NCBI GenBank assembly: GCA_046563655.1
Contig: CM102290.1
Coordinates: 11,222,001-11,286,000 of the forward strand
From: Yuukianura sp. NJ FZ-2021
Lineage: Eukaryota
DNA: 64,000 bases
Reading direction: 5' to 3'
Position 1 is the stretch's first letter, and every line of letters begins with the position of its first letter. The notes under the pieces are model-generated. The model saw only the letters and a program-made list of their open reading frames with translations. It did no database searches and was not told the origin of the DNA. Positions 15,001-30,000 of the stretch are shown here, in pieces. The position numbers and the translations under genes are program-made.

Positions 15001-18000
15001 AATTCCAAAAAGTTAAAAGTTTAGTAGGAAAATCACTCTTTCTAAATAGCATAATTCCAAATTCCAAAAAGTTAAAAGTTTAGTAGGAAAATCACTCTTT
15101 CTAAATAGCATAATTCCAAATTCCAAAAAGTTAAAAGTTTAGTAGGAAAATCACTCTTTCTAAATAGCATAATTCCAAATTCCAAAAAGTTAAAAGTTTA
15201 GTAGGAAAATCACTCTTTCTAAATAGCATAATTCCAAATTCCAAAAAGTTAAAAGTTTAGTAGGAAAATCACTCTTTCTAAATAGCATAATTCCAAATTC
15301 CAAAAAGTTAAAAGTTTAGTAGGAAAATCACTCTTTCTAAATAGCATAATTCCAAATTCCAAAAAGTTAAAAGTTTAGTAGGAAAATCACTCTTTCTAAA
15401 TAGCATAATTCCAAATTCCAAAAAGTTAAAAGTTTAGTAGGAAAATCACTCTTTCTAAATGACATAATTCCAAATTCCAAAAAGTTAAAAGTTTAGTAGG
15501 AAAATCACTCTTTCTAAATAGCATAATTCCAAATTCCAAAAAGTTAAAAGTTTAGTAGGAAAATCACTCTTTCTAAATAGCATAATTCCAAATTCCAAAA
15601 AGTTAAAAGTTTAGTAGGAAAATCACTCTTTCTAAATAGCATAATTCCAAATTCCAAAAAGTTAAAAGTTTAGTAGGAAAATCACTCTTTCTAAATAGCA
15701 TAATTCCAAATTCCAAAAAGTTAAAAGTTTAGTAGGAAAATCACTCTTTCTAAATAGCATAATTCCAAATTCCAAAAAGTTAAAAGTTTAGTAGGAAAAT
15801 CACTCTTTCTAAATAGCATAATTCCAAATTCCAAAAAGTTAAAAGTTTAGTAGGAAAATCACTCTTTCTAAATAGCATAATTCCAAATTCCAAAAAGTTA
15901 AAAGTTTAGTAGGAAAATCACTCTTTCTAAATAGCATAATTCCAAATTCCAAAAAGTTAAAAGTTTAGTAGGAAAATCACTCTTTCTAAATAGCATAATT
16001 CCAAATTCCAAAAAGTTAAAAGTTTAGTAGGAAAATCACTCTTTCTAAATAGCATAATTCCAAATTCCAAAAAGTTAAAAGTTTAGTAGGAAAATCACTC
16101 TTTCTAAATAGCATAATTCCAAATTCCAAAAAGTTAAAAGTTTAGTAGGAAAATCACTCTTTCTAAATAGCATAATTCCAAATTCCAAAAAGTTAAAAGT
16201 TTAGTAGGAAAATCACTCTTTCTAAATAGCATAATTCCAAATTCCAAAAAGTTAAAAGTTTAGTAGGAAAATCACTCTTTCTAAATAGCATAATTCCAAA
16301 TTCCAAAAAGTTAAAAGTTTAGTAGGAAAATCACTCTTTCTAAATAGCATAATTCCAAATTCCAAAAAGTTAAAAGTTTAGTAGGAAAATCACTCTTTCT
16401 AAATAGCATAATTCCAAATTCCAAAAAGTTAAAAGTTTAGTAGGAAAATCACTCTTTCTAAATAGCATAATTCCAAATTCCAAAAAGTTAAAAGTTTAGT
16501 AGGAAAATCACTCTTTCTAAATAGCATAATTCCAAATTCCAAAAAGTTAAAAGTTTAGTAGGAAAATCACTCTTTCTAAATAGCATAATTCCAAATTCCA
16601 AAAAGTTAAAAGTTTAGTAGGAAAATCACTCTTTCTAAATAGCATAATTCCAAATTCCAAAAAGTTAAAAGTTTAGTAGGAAAATCACTCTTTCTAAATA
16701 GCATAATTCCAAATTCCAAAAAGTTAAAAGTTTAGTAGGAAAATCACTCTTTCTAAATAGCATAATTCCAAATTCCAAAAAGTTAAAAGTTTAGTAGGAA
16801 AATCACTCTTTCTAAATAGCATAATTCCAAATTCCAAAAAGTTAAAAGTTTAGTAGGAAAATCACTCTTTCTAAATAGCATAATTCCAAATTCCAAAAAG
16901 TTAAAAGTTTAGTAGGAAAATCACTCTTTCTAAATAGCATAATTCCAAATTCCAAAAAGTTAAAAGTTTAGTAGGAAAATCACTCTTTCTAAATAGCATA
17001 ATTCCAAATTCCAAAAAGTTAAAAGTTTAGTAGGAAAATCACTCTTTCTAAATAGCATAATTCCAAATTCCAAAAAGTTAAAAGTTTAGTAGGAAAATCA
17101 CTCTTTCTAAATAGCATAATTCCAAATTCCAAAAAGTTAAAAGTTTAGTAGGAAAATCACTCTTTCTAAATAGCATAATTCCAAATTCCAAAAAGTTAAA
17201 AGTTTAGTAGGAAAATCACTCTTTCTAAATAGCATAATTCCAAATTCCAAAAAGTTAAAAGTTTAGTAGGAAAATCACTCTTTCTAAATAGCATAATTCC
17301 AAATTCCAAAAAGTTAAAAGTTTAGTAGGAAAATCACTCTTTCTAAATAGCATAATTCCAAATTCCAAAAAGTTAAAAGTTTAGTAGGAAAATCACTCTT
17401 TCTAAATAGCATAATTCCAAATTCCAAAAAGTTAAAAGTTTAGTAGGAAAATCACTCTTTCTAAATAGCATAATTCCAAATTCCAAAAAGTTAAAAGTTT
17501 AGTAGGAAAATCACTCTTTCTAAATAGCATAATTCCAAATTCCAAAAAGTTAAAAGTTTAGTAGGAAAATCACTCTTTCTAAATAGCATAATTCCAAATT
17601 CCAAAAAGTTAAAAGTTTAGTAGGAAAATCACTCTTTCTAAATAGCATAATTCCAAATTCCAAAAAGTTAAAAGTTTAGTAGGAAAATCACTCTTTCTAA
17701 ATAGCATAATTCCAAATTCCAAAAAGTTAAAAGTTTAGTAGGAAAATCACTCTTTCTAAATAGCATAATTCCAAATTCCAAAAAGTTAAAAGTTTAGTAG
17801 GAAAATCACTCTTTCTAAATAGCATAATTCCAAATTCCAAAAAGTTAAAAGTTTAGTAGGAAAATCACTCTTTCTAAATAGCATAATTCCAAATTCCAAA
17901 AAGTTAAAAGTTTAGTAGGAAAATCACTCTTTCTAAATAGCATAATTCCAAATTCCAAAAAGTTAAAAGTTTAGTAGGAAAATCACTCTTTCTAAATAGC

Positions 18001-21000
18001 ATAATTCCAAATTCCAAAAAGTTAAAAGTTTAGTAGGAAAATCACTCTTTCTAAATAGCATAATTCCAAATTCCAAAAAGTTAAAAGTTTAGTAGGAAAA
18101 TCACTCTTTCTAAATAGCATAATTCCAAATTCCAAAAAGTTAAAAGTTTAGTAGGAAAATCACTCTTTCTAAATAGCATAATTCCAAATTCCAAAAAGTT
18201 AAAAGTTTAGTAGGAAAATCACTCTTTCTAAATAGCATAATTCCAAATTCCAAAAAGTTAAAAGTTTAGTAGGAAAATCACTCTTTCTAAATAGCATAAT
18301 TCCAAATTCCAAAAAGTTAAAAGTTTAGTAGGAAAATCACTCTTTCTAAATAGCATAATTCCAAATTCCAAAAAGTTAAAAGTTTAGTAGGAAAATCACT
18401 CTTTCTAAATAGCATAATTCCAAATTCCAAAAAGTTAAAAGTTTAGTAGGAAAATCACTCTTTCTAAATAGCATAATTCCAAATTCCAAAAAGTTAAAAG
18501 TTTAGTAGGAAAATCACTCTTTCTAAATAGCATAATTCCAAATTCCAAAAAGTTAAAAGTTTAGTAGGAAAATCACTCTTTCTAAATAGCATAATTCCAA
18601 ATTCCAAAAAGTTAAAAGTTTAGTAGGAAAATCACTCTTTCTAAATAGCATAATTCCAAATTCCAAAAAGTTAAAAGTTTAGTAGGAAAATCACTCTTTC
18701 TAAATAGCATAATTCCAAATTCCAAAAAGTTAAAAGTTTAGTAGGAAAATCACTCTTTCTAAATAGCATAATTCCAAATTCCAAAAAGTTAAAAGTTTAG
18801 TAGGAAAATCACTCTTTCTAAATAGCATAATTCCAAATTCCAAAAAGTTAAAAGTTTAGTAGGAAAATCACTCTTTCTAAATAGCATAATTCCAAATTCC
18901 AAAAAGTTAAAAGTTTAGTAGGAAAATCACTCTTTCTAAATAGCATAATTCCAAATTCCAAAAAGTTAAAAGTTTAGTAGGAAAATCACTCTTTCTAAAT
19001 AGCATAATTCCAAATTCCAAAAAGTTAAAAGTTTAGTAGGAAAATCACTCTTTCTAAATAGCATAATTCCAAATTCCAAAAAGTTAAAAGTTTAGTAGGA
19101 AAATCACTCTTTCTAAATAGCATAATTCCAAATTCCAAAAAGTTAAAAGTTTAGTAGGAAAATCACTCTTTCTAAATAGCATAATTCCAAATTCCAAAAA
19201 GTTAAAAGTTTAGTAGGAAAATCACTCTTTCTAAATAGCATAATTCCAAATTCCAAAAAGTTAAAAGTTTAGTAGGAAAATCACTCTTTCTAAATAGCAT
19301 AATTCCAAATTCCAAAAAGTTAAAAGTTTAGTAGGAAAATCACTCTTTCTAAATAGCATAATTCCAAATTCCAAAAAGTTAAAAGTTTAGTAGGAAAATC
19401 ACTCTTTCTAAATAGCATAATTCCAAATTCCAAAAAGTTAAAAGTTTAGTAGGAAAATCACTCTTTCTAAATAGCATAATTCCAAATTCCAAAAAGTTAA
19501 AAGTTTAGTAGGAAAATCACTCTTTCTAAATAGCATAATTCCAAATTCCAAAAAGTTAAAAGTTTAGTAGGAAAATCACTCTTTCTAAATAGCATAATTC
19601 CAAATTCCAAAAAGTTAAAAGTTTAGTAGGAAAATCACTCTTTCTAAATAGCATAATTCCAAATTCCAAAAAGTTAAAAGTTTAGTAGGAAAATCACTCT
19701 TTCTAAATAGCATAATTCCAAATTCCAAAAAGTTAAAAGTTTAGTAGGAAAATCACTCTTTCTAAATAGCATAATTCCAAATTCCAAAAAGTTAAAAGTT
19801 TAGTAGGAAAATCACTCTTTCTAAATAGCATAATTCCAAATTCCAAAAAGTTAAAAGTTTAGTAGGAAAATCACTCTTTCTAAATAGCATAATTCCAAAT
19901 TCCAAAAAGTTAAAAGTTTAGTAGGAAAATCACTCTTTCTAAATAGCATAATTCCAAATTCCAAAAAGTTAAAAGTTTAGTAGGAAAATCACTCTTTCTA
20001 AATAGCATAATTCCAAATTCCAAAAAGTTAAAAGTTTAGTAGGAAAATCACTCTTTCTAAATAGCATAATTCCAAATTCCAAAAAGTTAAAAGTTTAGTA
20101 GGAAAATCACTCTTTCTAAATAGCATAATTCCAAATTCCAAAAAGTTAAAAGTTTAGTAGGAAAATCACTCTTTCTAAATAGCATAATTCCAAATTCCAA
20201 AAAGTTAAAAGTTTAGTAGGAAAATCACTCTTTCTAAATAGCATAATTCCAAATTCCAAAAAGTTAAAAGTTTAGTAGGAAAATCACTCTTTCTAAATAG
20301 CATAATTCCAAATTCCAAAAAGTTAAAAGTTTAGTAGGAAAATCACTCTTTCTAAATAGCATAATTCCAAATTCCAAAAAGTTAAAAGTTTAGTAGGAAA
20401 ATCACTCTTTCTAAATAGCATAATTCCAAATTCCAAAAAGTTAAAAGTTTAGTAGGAAAATCACTCTTTCTAAATAGCATAATTCCAAATTCCAAAAAGT
20501 TAAAAGTTTAGTAGGAAAATCACTCTTTCTAAATAGCATAATTCCAAATTCCAAAAAGTTAAAAGTTTAGTAGGAAAATCACTCTTTCTAAATAGCATAA
20601 TTCCAAATTCCAAAAAGTTAAAAGTTTAGTAGGAAAATCACTCTTTCTAAATAGCATAATTCCAAATTCCAAAAAGTTAAAAGTTTAGTAGGAAAATCAC
20701 TCTTTCTAAATAGCATAATTCCAAATTCCAAAAAGTTAAAAGTTTAGTAGGAAAATCACTCTTTCTAAATAGCATAATTCCAAATTCCAAAAAGTTAAAA
20801 GTTTAGTAGGAAAATCACTCTTTCTAAATAGCATAATTCCAAATTCCAAAAAGTTAAAAGTTTAGTAGGAAAATCACTCTTTCTAAATAGCATAATTCCA
20901 AATTCCAAAAAGTTAAAAGTTTAGTAGGAAAATCACTCTTTCTAAATAGCATAATTCCAAATTCCAAAAAGTTAAAAGTTTAGTAGGAAAATCACTCTTT

Positions 21001-24000
21001 CTAAATAGCATAATTCCAAATTCCAAAAAGTTAAAAGTTTAGTAGGAAAATCACTCTTTCTAAATAGCATAATTCCAAATTCCAAAAAGTTAAAAGTTTA
21101 GTAGGAAAATCACTCTTTCTAAATAGCATAATTCCAAATTCCAAAAAGTTAAAAGTTTAGTAGGAAAATCACTCTTTCTAAATAGCATAATTCCAAATTC
21201 CAAAAAGTTAAAAGTTTAGTAGGAAAATCACTCTTTCTAAATAGCATAATTCCAAATTCCAAAAAGTTAAAAGTTTAGTAGGAAAATCACTCTTTCTAAA
21301 TAGCATAATTCCAAATTCCAAAAAGTTAAAAGTTTAGTAGGAAAATCACTCTTTCTAAATAGCATAATTCCAAATTCCAAAAAGTTAAAAGTTTAGTAGG
21401 AAAATCACTCTTTCTAAATAGCATAATTCCAAATTCCAAAAAGTTAAAAGTTTAGTAGGAAAATCACTCTTTCTAAATAGCATAATTCCAAATTCCAAAA
21501 AGTTAAAAGTTTAGTAGGAAAATCACTCTTTCTAAATAGCATAATTCCAAATTCCAAAAAGTTAAAAGTTTAGTAGGAAAATCACTCTTTCTAAATAGCA
21601 TAATTCCAAATTCCAAAAAGTTAAAAGTTTAGTAGGAAAATCACTCTTTCTAAATAGCATAATTCCAAATTCCAAAAAGTTAAAAGTTTAGTAGGAAAAT
21701 CACTCTTTCTAAATAGCATAATTCCAAATTCCAAAAAGTTAAAAGTTTAGTAGGAAAATCACTCTTTCTAAACAGCATAATTCCAAATTCCAAAAAGTTA
21801 AAAGTTTAGTAGGAAAATCACTCTTTCTAAATAGCATAATTCCAAATTCCAAAAAGTTAAAAGTTTAGTAGGAAAATCACTCTTTCTAAATGACATAATT
21901 CCAAATTCCAAAAAGTTAAAAGTTTAGTAGGAAAATCACTCTTTCTAAATAGCATAATTCCAAATTCCAAAAAGTTAAAAGTTTAGTAGGAAAATCACTC
22001 TTTCTAAATAGCATAATTCCAAATTCCAAAAAGTTAAAAGTTTAGTAGGAAAATCACTCTTTCTAAATAGCATAATTCCAAATTCCAAAAAGTTAAAAGT
22101 TTAGTAGGAAAATCACTCTTTCTAAATAGCATAATTCCAAATTCCAAAAAGTTAAAAGTTTAGTAGGAAAATCACTCTTTCTAAATAGCATAATTCCAAA
22201 TTCCAAAAAGTTAAAAGTTTAGTAGGAAAATCACTCTTTCTAAATAGCATAATTCCAAATTCCAAAAAGTTAAAAGTTTAGTAGGAAAATCACTCTTTCT
22301 AAATAGCATAATTCCAAATTCCAAAAAGTTAAAAGTTTAGTAGGAAAATCACTCTTTCTAAATGACATAATTCCAAATTCCAAAAAGTTAAAAGTTTAGT
22401 AGGAAAATCACTCTTTCTAAATAGCATAATTCCAAATTCCAAAAAGTTAAAAGTTTAGTAGGAAAATCACTCTTTCTAAATAGCATAATTCCAAATTCCA
22501 AAAAGTTAAAAGTTTAGTAGGAAAATCACTCTTTCTAAATAGCATAATTCCAAATTCCAAAAAGTTAAAAGTTTAGTAGGAAAATCACTCTTTCTAAATA
22601 GCATAATTCCAAATTCCAAAAAGTTAAAAGTTTAGTAGGAAAATCACTCTTTCTAAATAGCATAATTCCAAATTCCAAAAAGTTAAAAGTTTAGTAGGAA
22701 AATCACTCTTTCTAAATAGCATAATTCCAAATTCCAAAAAGTTAAAAGTTTAGTAGGAAAATCACTCTTTCTAAACAGCATAATTCCAAATTCCAAAAAG
22801 TTAAAAGTTTAGTAGGAAAATCACTCTTTCTAAATAGCATAATTCCAAATTCCAAAAAGTTAAAAGTTTAGTAGGAAAATCACTCTTTCTAAATGACATA
22901 ATTCCAAATTCCAAAAAGTTAAAAGTTTAGTAGGAAAATCACTCTTTCTAAATAGCATAATTCCAAATTCCAAAAAGTTAAAAGTTTAGTAGGAAAATCA
23001 CTCTTTCTAAATAGCATAATTCCAAATTCCAAAAAGTTAAAAGTTTAGTAGGAAAATCACTCTTTCTAAATAGCATAATTCCAAATTCCAAAAAGTTAAA
23101 AGTTTAGTAGGAAAATCACTCTTTCTAAACAGCATAATTCCAAATTCCAAAAAGTTAAAAGTTTAGTAGGAAAATCACTCTTTCTAAATAGCATAATTCC
23201 AAATTCCAAAAAGTTAAAAGTTTAGTAGGAAAATCACTCTTTCTAAATAGCATAATTCCAAATTCCAAAAAGTTAAAAGTTTAGTAGGAAAATCACTCTT
23301 TCTAAACAGCATAATTCCAAATTCCAAAAAGTTAAAAGTTTAGTAGGAAAATCACTCTTTCTAAATAGCATAATTCCAAATTCCAAAAAGTTAAAAGTTT
23401 AGTAGGAAAATCACTCTTTCTAAACAGCATAATTCCAAATTCCAAAAAGTTAAAAGTTTAGTAGGAAAATCACTCTTTCTAAATAGCATAATTCCAAATT
23501 CCAAAAAGTTAAAAGTTTAGTAGGAAAATCACTCTTTCTAAATGACATAATTCCAAATTCCAAAAAGTTAAAAGTTTAGTAGGAAAATCACTCTTTCTAA
23601 ATAGCATAATTCCAAATTCCAAAAAGTTAAAAGTTTAGTAGGAAAATCACTCTTTCTAAACAGCATAATTCCAAATTCCAAAAAGTTAAAAGTTTAGTAG
23701 GAAAATCACTCTTTCTAAATAGCATAATTCCAAATTCCAAAAAGTTAAAAGTTTAGTAGGAAAATCACTCTTTCTAAACAGCATAATTCCAAATTCCAAA
23801 AAGTTAAAAGTTTAGTAGGAAAATCACTCTTTCTAAACAGCATAATTCCAAATTCCAAAAAGTTAAAAGTTTAGTAGGAAAATCACTCTTTCTAAATAGC
23901 ATAATTCCAAATTCCAAAAAGTTAAAAGTTTAGTAGGAAAATCACTCTTTCTAAACAGCATAATTCCAAATTCCAAAAAGTTAAAAGTTTAGTAGGAAAA

Positions 24001-27000
24001 TCACTCTTTCTAAATAGCATAATTCCAAATTCCAAAAAGTTAAAAGTTTAGTAGGAAAATCACTCTTTCTAAATGACATAATTCCAAATTCCAAAAAGTT
24101 AAAAGTTTAGTAGGAAAATCACTCTTTCTAAATAGCATAATTCCAAATTCCAAAAAGTTAAAAGTTTAGTAGGAAAATCACTCTTTCTAAATAGCATAAT
24201 TCCAAATTCCAAAAAGTTAAAAGTTTAGTAGGAAAATCACTCTTTCTAAATGACATAATTCCAAATTCCAAAAAGTTAAAAGTTTAGTAGGAAAATCACT
24301 CTTTCTAAATAGCATAATTCCAAATTCCAAAAAGTTAAAAGTTTAGTAGGAAAATCACTCTTTCTAAACAGCATAATTCCAAATTCCAAAAAGTTAAAAG
24401 TTTAGTAGGAAAATCACTCTTTCTAAATAGCATAATTCCAAATTCCAAAAAGTTAAAAGTTTAGTAGGAAAATCACTCTTTCTAAATGACATAATTCCAA
24501 ATTCCAAAAAGTTAAAAGTTTAGTAGGAAAATCACTCTTTCTAAATAGCATAATTCCAAATTCCAAAAAGTTAAAAGTTTAGTAGGAAAATCACTCTTTC
24601 TAAACAGCATAATTCCAAATTCCAAAAAGTTAAAAGTTTAGTAGGAAAATCACTCTTTCTAAATAGCATAATTCCAAATTCCAAAAAGTTAAAAGTTTAG
24701 TAGGAAAATCACTCTTTCTAAATAGCATAATTCCAAAAAGTTAAAAGTTTAGTAGGAAAATCACTCTTTCTAAATAGCATAATTCCAAAAAGTTAAAAGT
24801 TTAGTAGGAAAATCCCTCTTTCTAAATAGCATAATTCCAAATTCCAAAAAGTTAAAAGTTTAGTAGGAAAATCACTCTTTCTAAACAGCATAATTCCAAA
24901 TTCCAAAAAGTTAAAAGTTTAGTAGGAAAATCACTCTTTCTAAATAGCATAATTCCAAATTCCAAAAAGTTAAAAGTTTAGTAGGAAAATCACTCTTTCT
25001 AAATAGCATAATTCCAAATTCCAAAAAGTTAAAAGTTTAGTAGGAAAATCACTCTTTCTAAATAGCATAATTCCAAATTCCAAAAAGTTAAAAGTTTAGT
25101 AGGAAAATCACTCTTTCTAAACAGCATAATTCCAAATTCCAAAAAGTTAAAAGTTTAGTAGGAAAATCACTCTTTCTAAATGACATAATTCCAAATTCCA
25201 AAAAGTTAAAAGTTTAGTAGGAAAATCACTCTTTCTAAATAGCATAATTCCAAATTCCAAAAAGTTAAAAGTTTAGTAGGAAAATCACTCTTTCTAAACA
25301 GCATAATTCCAAATTCCAAAAAGTTAAAAGTTTAGTAGGAAAATCACTCTTTCTAAATAGCATAATTCCAAATTCCAAAAAGTTAAAAGTTTAGTAGGAA
25401 AATCACTCTTTCTAAATGACATAATTCCAAATTCCAAAAAGTTAAAAGTTTAGTAGGAAAATCACTCTTTCTAAATAGCATAATTCCAAATTCCAAAAAG
25501 TTAAAAGTTTAGTAGGAAAATCACTCTTTCTAAATAGCATAATTCCAAATTCCAAAAAGTTAAAAGTTTAGTAGGAAAATCACTCTTTCTAAATAGCATA
25601 ATTCCAAATTCCAAAAAGTTAAAAGTTTAGTAGGAAAATCACTCTTTCTAAACAGCATAATTCCAAATTCCAAAAAGTTAAAAGTTTAGTAGGAAAATCA
25701 CTCTTTCTAAATAGCATAATTCCAAATTCCAAAAAGTTAAAAGTTTAGTAGGAAAATCACTCTTTCTAAATAGCATAATTCCAAATTCCAAAAAGTTAAA
25801 AGTTTAGTAGGAAAATCACTCTTTCTAAACAGCATAATTCCAAATTCCAAAAAGTTAAAAGTTTAGTAGGAAAATCACTCTTTCTAAACAGCATAATTCC
25901 AAATTCCAAAAAGTTAAAAGTTTAGTAGGAAAATCACTCTTTCTAAACAGCATAATTCCAAATTCCAAAAAGTTAAAAGTTTAGTAGGAAAATCACTCTT
26001 TCTAAACAGCATAATTCCAAATTCCAAAAAGTTAAAAGTTTAGTAGGAAAATCACTCTTTCTAAATGACATAATTCCAAATTCCAAAAAGTTAAAAGTTT
26101 AGTAGGAAAATCACTCTTTCTAAATAGCATAATTCCAAATTCCAAAAAGTTAAAAGTTTAGTAGGAAAATCACTCTTTCTAAACAGCATAATTCCAAATT
26201 CCAAAAAGTTAAAAGTTTAGTAGGAAAATCACTCTTTCTAAATAGCATAATTCCAAATTCCAAAAAGTTAAAAGTTTAGTAGGAAAATCACTCTTTCTAA
26301 ACAGCATAATTCCAAATTCCAAAAAGTTAAAAGTTTAGTAGGAAAATCACTCTTTCTAAACAGCATAATTCCAAATTCCAAAAAGTTAAAAGTTTAGTAG
26401 GAAAATCACTCTTTCTAAATAGCATAATTCCAAATTCCAAAAAGTTAAAAGTTTAGTAGGAAAATCACTCTTTCTAAACAGCATAATTCCAAATTCCAAA
26501 AAGTTAAAAGTTTAGTAGGAAAATCACTCTTTCTAAATAGCATAATTCCAAATTCCAAAAAGTTAAAAGTTTAGTAGGAAAATCACTCTTTCTAAATGAC
26601 ATAATTCCAAATTCCAAAAAGTTAAAAGTTTAGTAGGAAAATCACTCTTTCTAAATAGCATAATTCCAAATTCCAAAAAGTTAAAAGTTTAGTAGGAAAA
26701 TCACTCTTTCTAAATAGCATAATTCCAAATTCCAAAAAGTTAAAAGTTTAGTAGGAAAATCACTCTTTCTAAATGACATAATTCCAAATTCCAAAAAGTT
26801 AAAAGTTTAGTAGGAAAATCACTCTTTCTAAATAGCATAATTCCAAATTCCAAAAAGTTAAAAGTTTAGTAGGAAAATCACTCTTTCTAAACAGCATAAT
26901 TCCAAATTCCAAAAAGTTAAAAGTTTAGTAGGAAAATCACTCTTTCTAAATAGCATAATTCCAAATTCCAAAAAGTTAAAAGTTTAGTAGGAAAATCACT

Positions 27001-30000
27001 CTTTCTAAATGACATAATTCCAAATTCCAAAAAGTTAAAAGTTTAGTAGGAAAATCACTCTTTCTAAATAGCATAATTCCAAATTCCAAAAAGTTAAAAG
27101 TTTAGTAGGAAAATCACTCTTTCTAAATAGCATAATTCCAAATTCCAAAAAGTTAAAAGTTTAGTAGGAAAATCACTCTTTCTAAATAGCATAATTCCAA
27201 ATTCCAAAAAGTTAAAAGTTTAGTAGGAAAATCACTCTTTCTAAATAGCATAATTCCAAATTCCAAAAAGTTAAAAGTTTAGTAGGAAAATCACTCTTTC
27301 TAAATAGCATAATTCCAAAAAGTTAAAAGTTTAGTAGGAAAATCACTCTTTCTAAATAGCATAATTCCAAATTCCAAAAAGTTAAAAGTTTAGTAGGAAA
27401 ATCACTCTTTCTAAACAGCATAATTCCAAATTCCAAAAAGTTAAAAGTTTAGTAGGAAAATCACTCTTTCTAAATAGCATAATTCCAAATTCCAAAAAGT
27501 TAAAAGTTTAGTAGGAAAATCACTCTTTCTAAATAGCATAATTCCAAATTCCAAAAAGTTAAAAGTTTAGTAGGAAAATCACTCTTTCTAAACAGCATAA
27601 TTCCAAATTCCAAAAAGTTAAAAGTTTAGTAGGAAAATCACTCTTTCTAAACAGCATAATTCCAAATTCCAAAAAGTTAAAAGTTTAGTAGGAAAATCAC
27701 TCTTTCTAAATGACATAATTCCAAATTCCAAAAAGTTAAAAGTTTAGTAGGAAAATCACTCTTTCTAAATAGCATAATTCCAAATTCCAAAAAGTTAAAA
27801 GTTTAGTAGGAAAATCACTCTTTCTAAACAGCATAATTCCAAATTCCAAAAAGTTAAAAGTTTAGTAGGAAAATCACTCTTTCTAAATAGCATAATTCCA
27901 AATTCCAAAAAGTTAAAAGTTTAGTAGGAAAATCACTCTTTCTAAACAGCATAATTCCAAATTCCAAAAAGTTAAAAGTTTAGTAGGAAAATCACTCTTT
28001 CTAAACAGCATAATTCCAAATTCCAAAAAGTTAAAAGTTTAGTAGGAAAATCACTCTTTCTAAATAGCATAATTCCAAATTCCAAAAAGTTAAAAGTTTA
28101 GTAGGAAAATCACTCTTTCTAAACAGCATAATTCCAAATTCCAAAAAGTTAAAAGTTTAGTAGGAAAATCACTCTTTCTAAATAGCATAATTCCAAATTC
28201 CAAAAAGTTAAAAGTTTAGTAGGAAAATCACTCTTTCTAAATGACATAATTCCAAATTCCAAAAAGTTAAAAGTTTAGTAGGAAAATCACTCTTTCTAAA
28301 TAGCATAATTCCAAATTCCAAAAAGTTAAAAGTTTAGTAGGAAAATCACTCTTTCTAAATAGCATAATTCCAAAAAGTTAAAAGTTTAGTAGGAAAATCC
28401 CTCTTTCTAAATAGCATAATTCCAAATTCCAAAAAGTTAAAAGTTTAGTAGGAAAATCACTCTTTCTAAACAGCATAATTCCAAATTCCAAAAAGTTAAA
28501 AGTTTAGTAGGAAAATCACTCTTTCTAAATAGCATAATTCCAAATTCCAAAAAGTTAAAAGTTTAGTAGGAAAATCACTCTTTCTAAATAGCATAATTCC
28601 AAATTCCAAAAAGTTAAAAGTTTAGTAGGAAAATCACTCTTTCTAAACAGCATAATTCCAAATTCCAAAAAGTTAAAAGTTTAGTAGGAAAATCACTCTT
28701 TCTAAATAGCATAATTCCAAATTCCAAAAAGTTAAAAGTTTAGTAGGAAAATCACTCTTTCTAAATAGCATAATTCCAAATTCCAAAAAGTTAAAAGTTT
28801 AGTAGGAAAATCACTCTTTCTAAATGACATAATTCCAAATTCCAAAAAGTTAAAAGTTTAGTAGGAAAATCACTCTTTCTAAATAGCATAATTCCAAATT
28901 CCAAAAAGTTAAAAGTTTAGTAGGAAAATCACTCTTTCTAAACAGCATAATTCCAAATTCCAAAAAGTTAAAAGTTTAGTAGGAAAATCACTCTTTCTAA
29001 ATAGCATAATTCCAAATTCCAAAAAGTTAAAAGTTTAGTAGGAAAATCACTCTTTCTAAACAGCATAATTCCAAATTCCAAAAAGTTAAAAGTTTAGTAG
29101 GAAAATCACTCTTTCTAAACAGCATAATTCCAAATTCCAAAAAGTTAAAAGTTTAGTAGGAAAATCACTCTTTCTAAATAGCATAATTCCAAATTCCAAA
29201 AAGTTAAAAGTTTAGTAGGAAAATCACTCTTTCTAAATAGCATAATTCCAAATTCCAAAAAGTTAAAAGTTTAGTAGGAAAATCACTCTTTCTAAATAGC
29301 ATAATTCCAAATTCCAAAAAGTTAAAAGTTTAGTAGGAAAATCACTCTTTCTAAATGACATAATTCCAAATTCCAAAAAGTTAAAAGTTTAGTAGGAAAA
29401 TCACTCTTTCTAAATAGCATAATTCCAAATTCCAAAAAGTTAAAAGTTTAGTAGGAAAATCACTCTTTCTAAATAGCATAATTCCAAATTCCAAAAAGTT
29501 AAAAGTTTAGTAGGAAAATCACTCTTTCTAAATGACATAATTCCAAATTCCAAAAAGTTAAAAGTTTAGTAGGAAAATCACTCTTTCTAAATAGCATAAT
29601 TCCAAATTCCAAAAAGTTAAAAGTTTAGTAGGAAAATCACTCTTTCTAAACAGCATAATTCCAAATTCCAAAAAGTTAAAAGTTTAGTAGGAAAATCACT
29701 CTTTCTAAATAGCATAATTCCAAATTCCAAAAAGTTAAAAGTTTAGTAGGAAAATCACTCTTTCTAAATGACATAATTCCAAATTCCAAAAAGTTAAAAG
29801 TTTAGTAGGAAAATCACTCTTTCTAAATAGCATAATTCCAAATTCCAAAAAGTTAAAAGTTTAGTAGGAAAATCACTCTTTCTAAATAGCATAATTCCAA
29901 ATTCCAAAAAGTTAAAAGTTTAGTAGGAAAATCACTCTTTCTAAATAGCATAATTCCAAATTCCAAAAAGTTAAAAGTTTAGTAGGAAAATCACTCTTTC

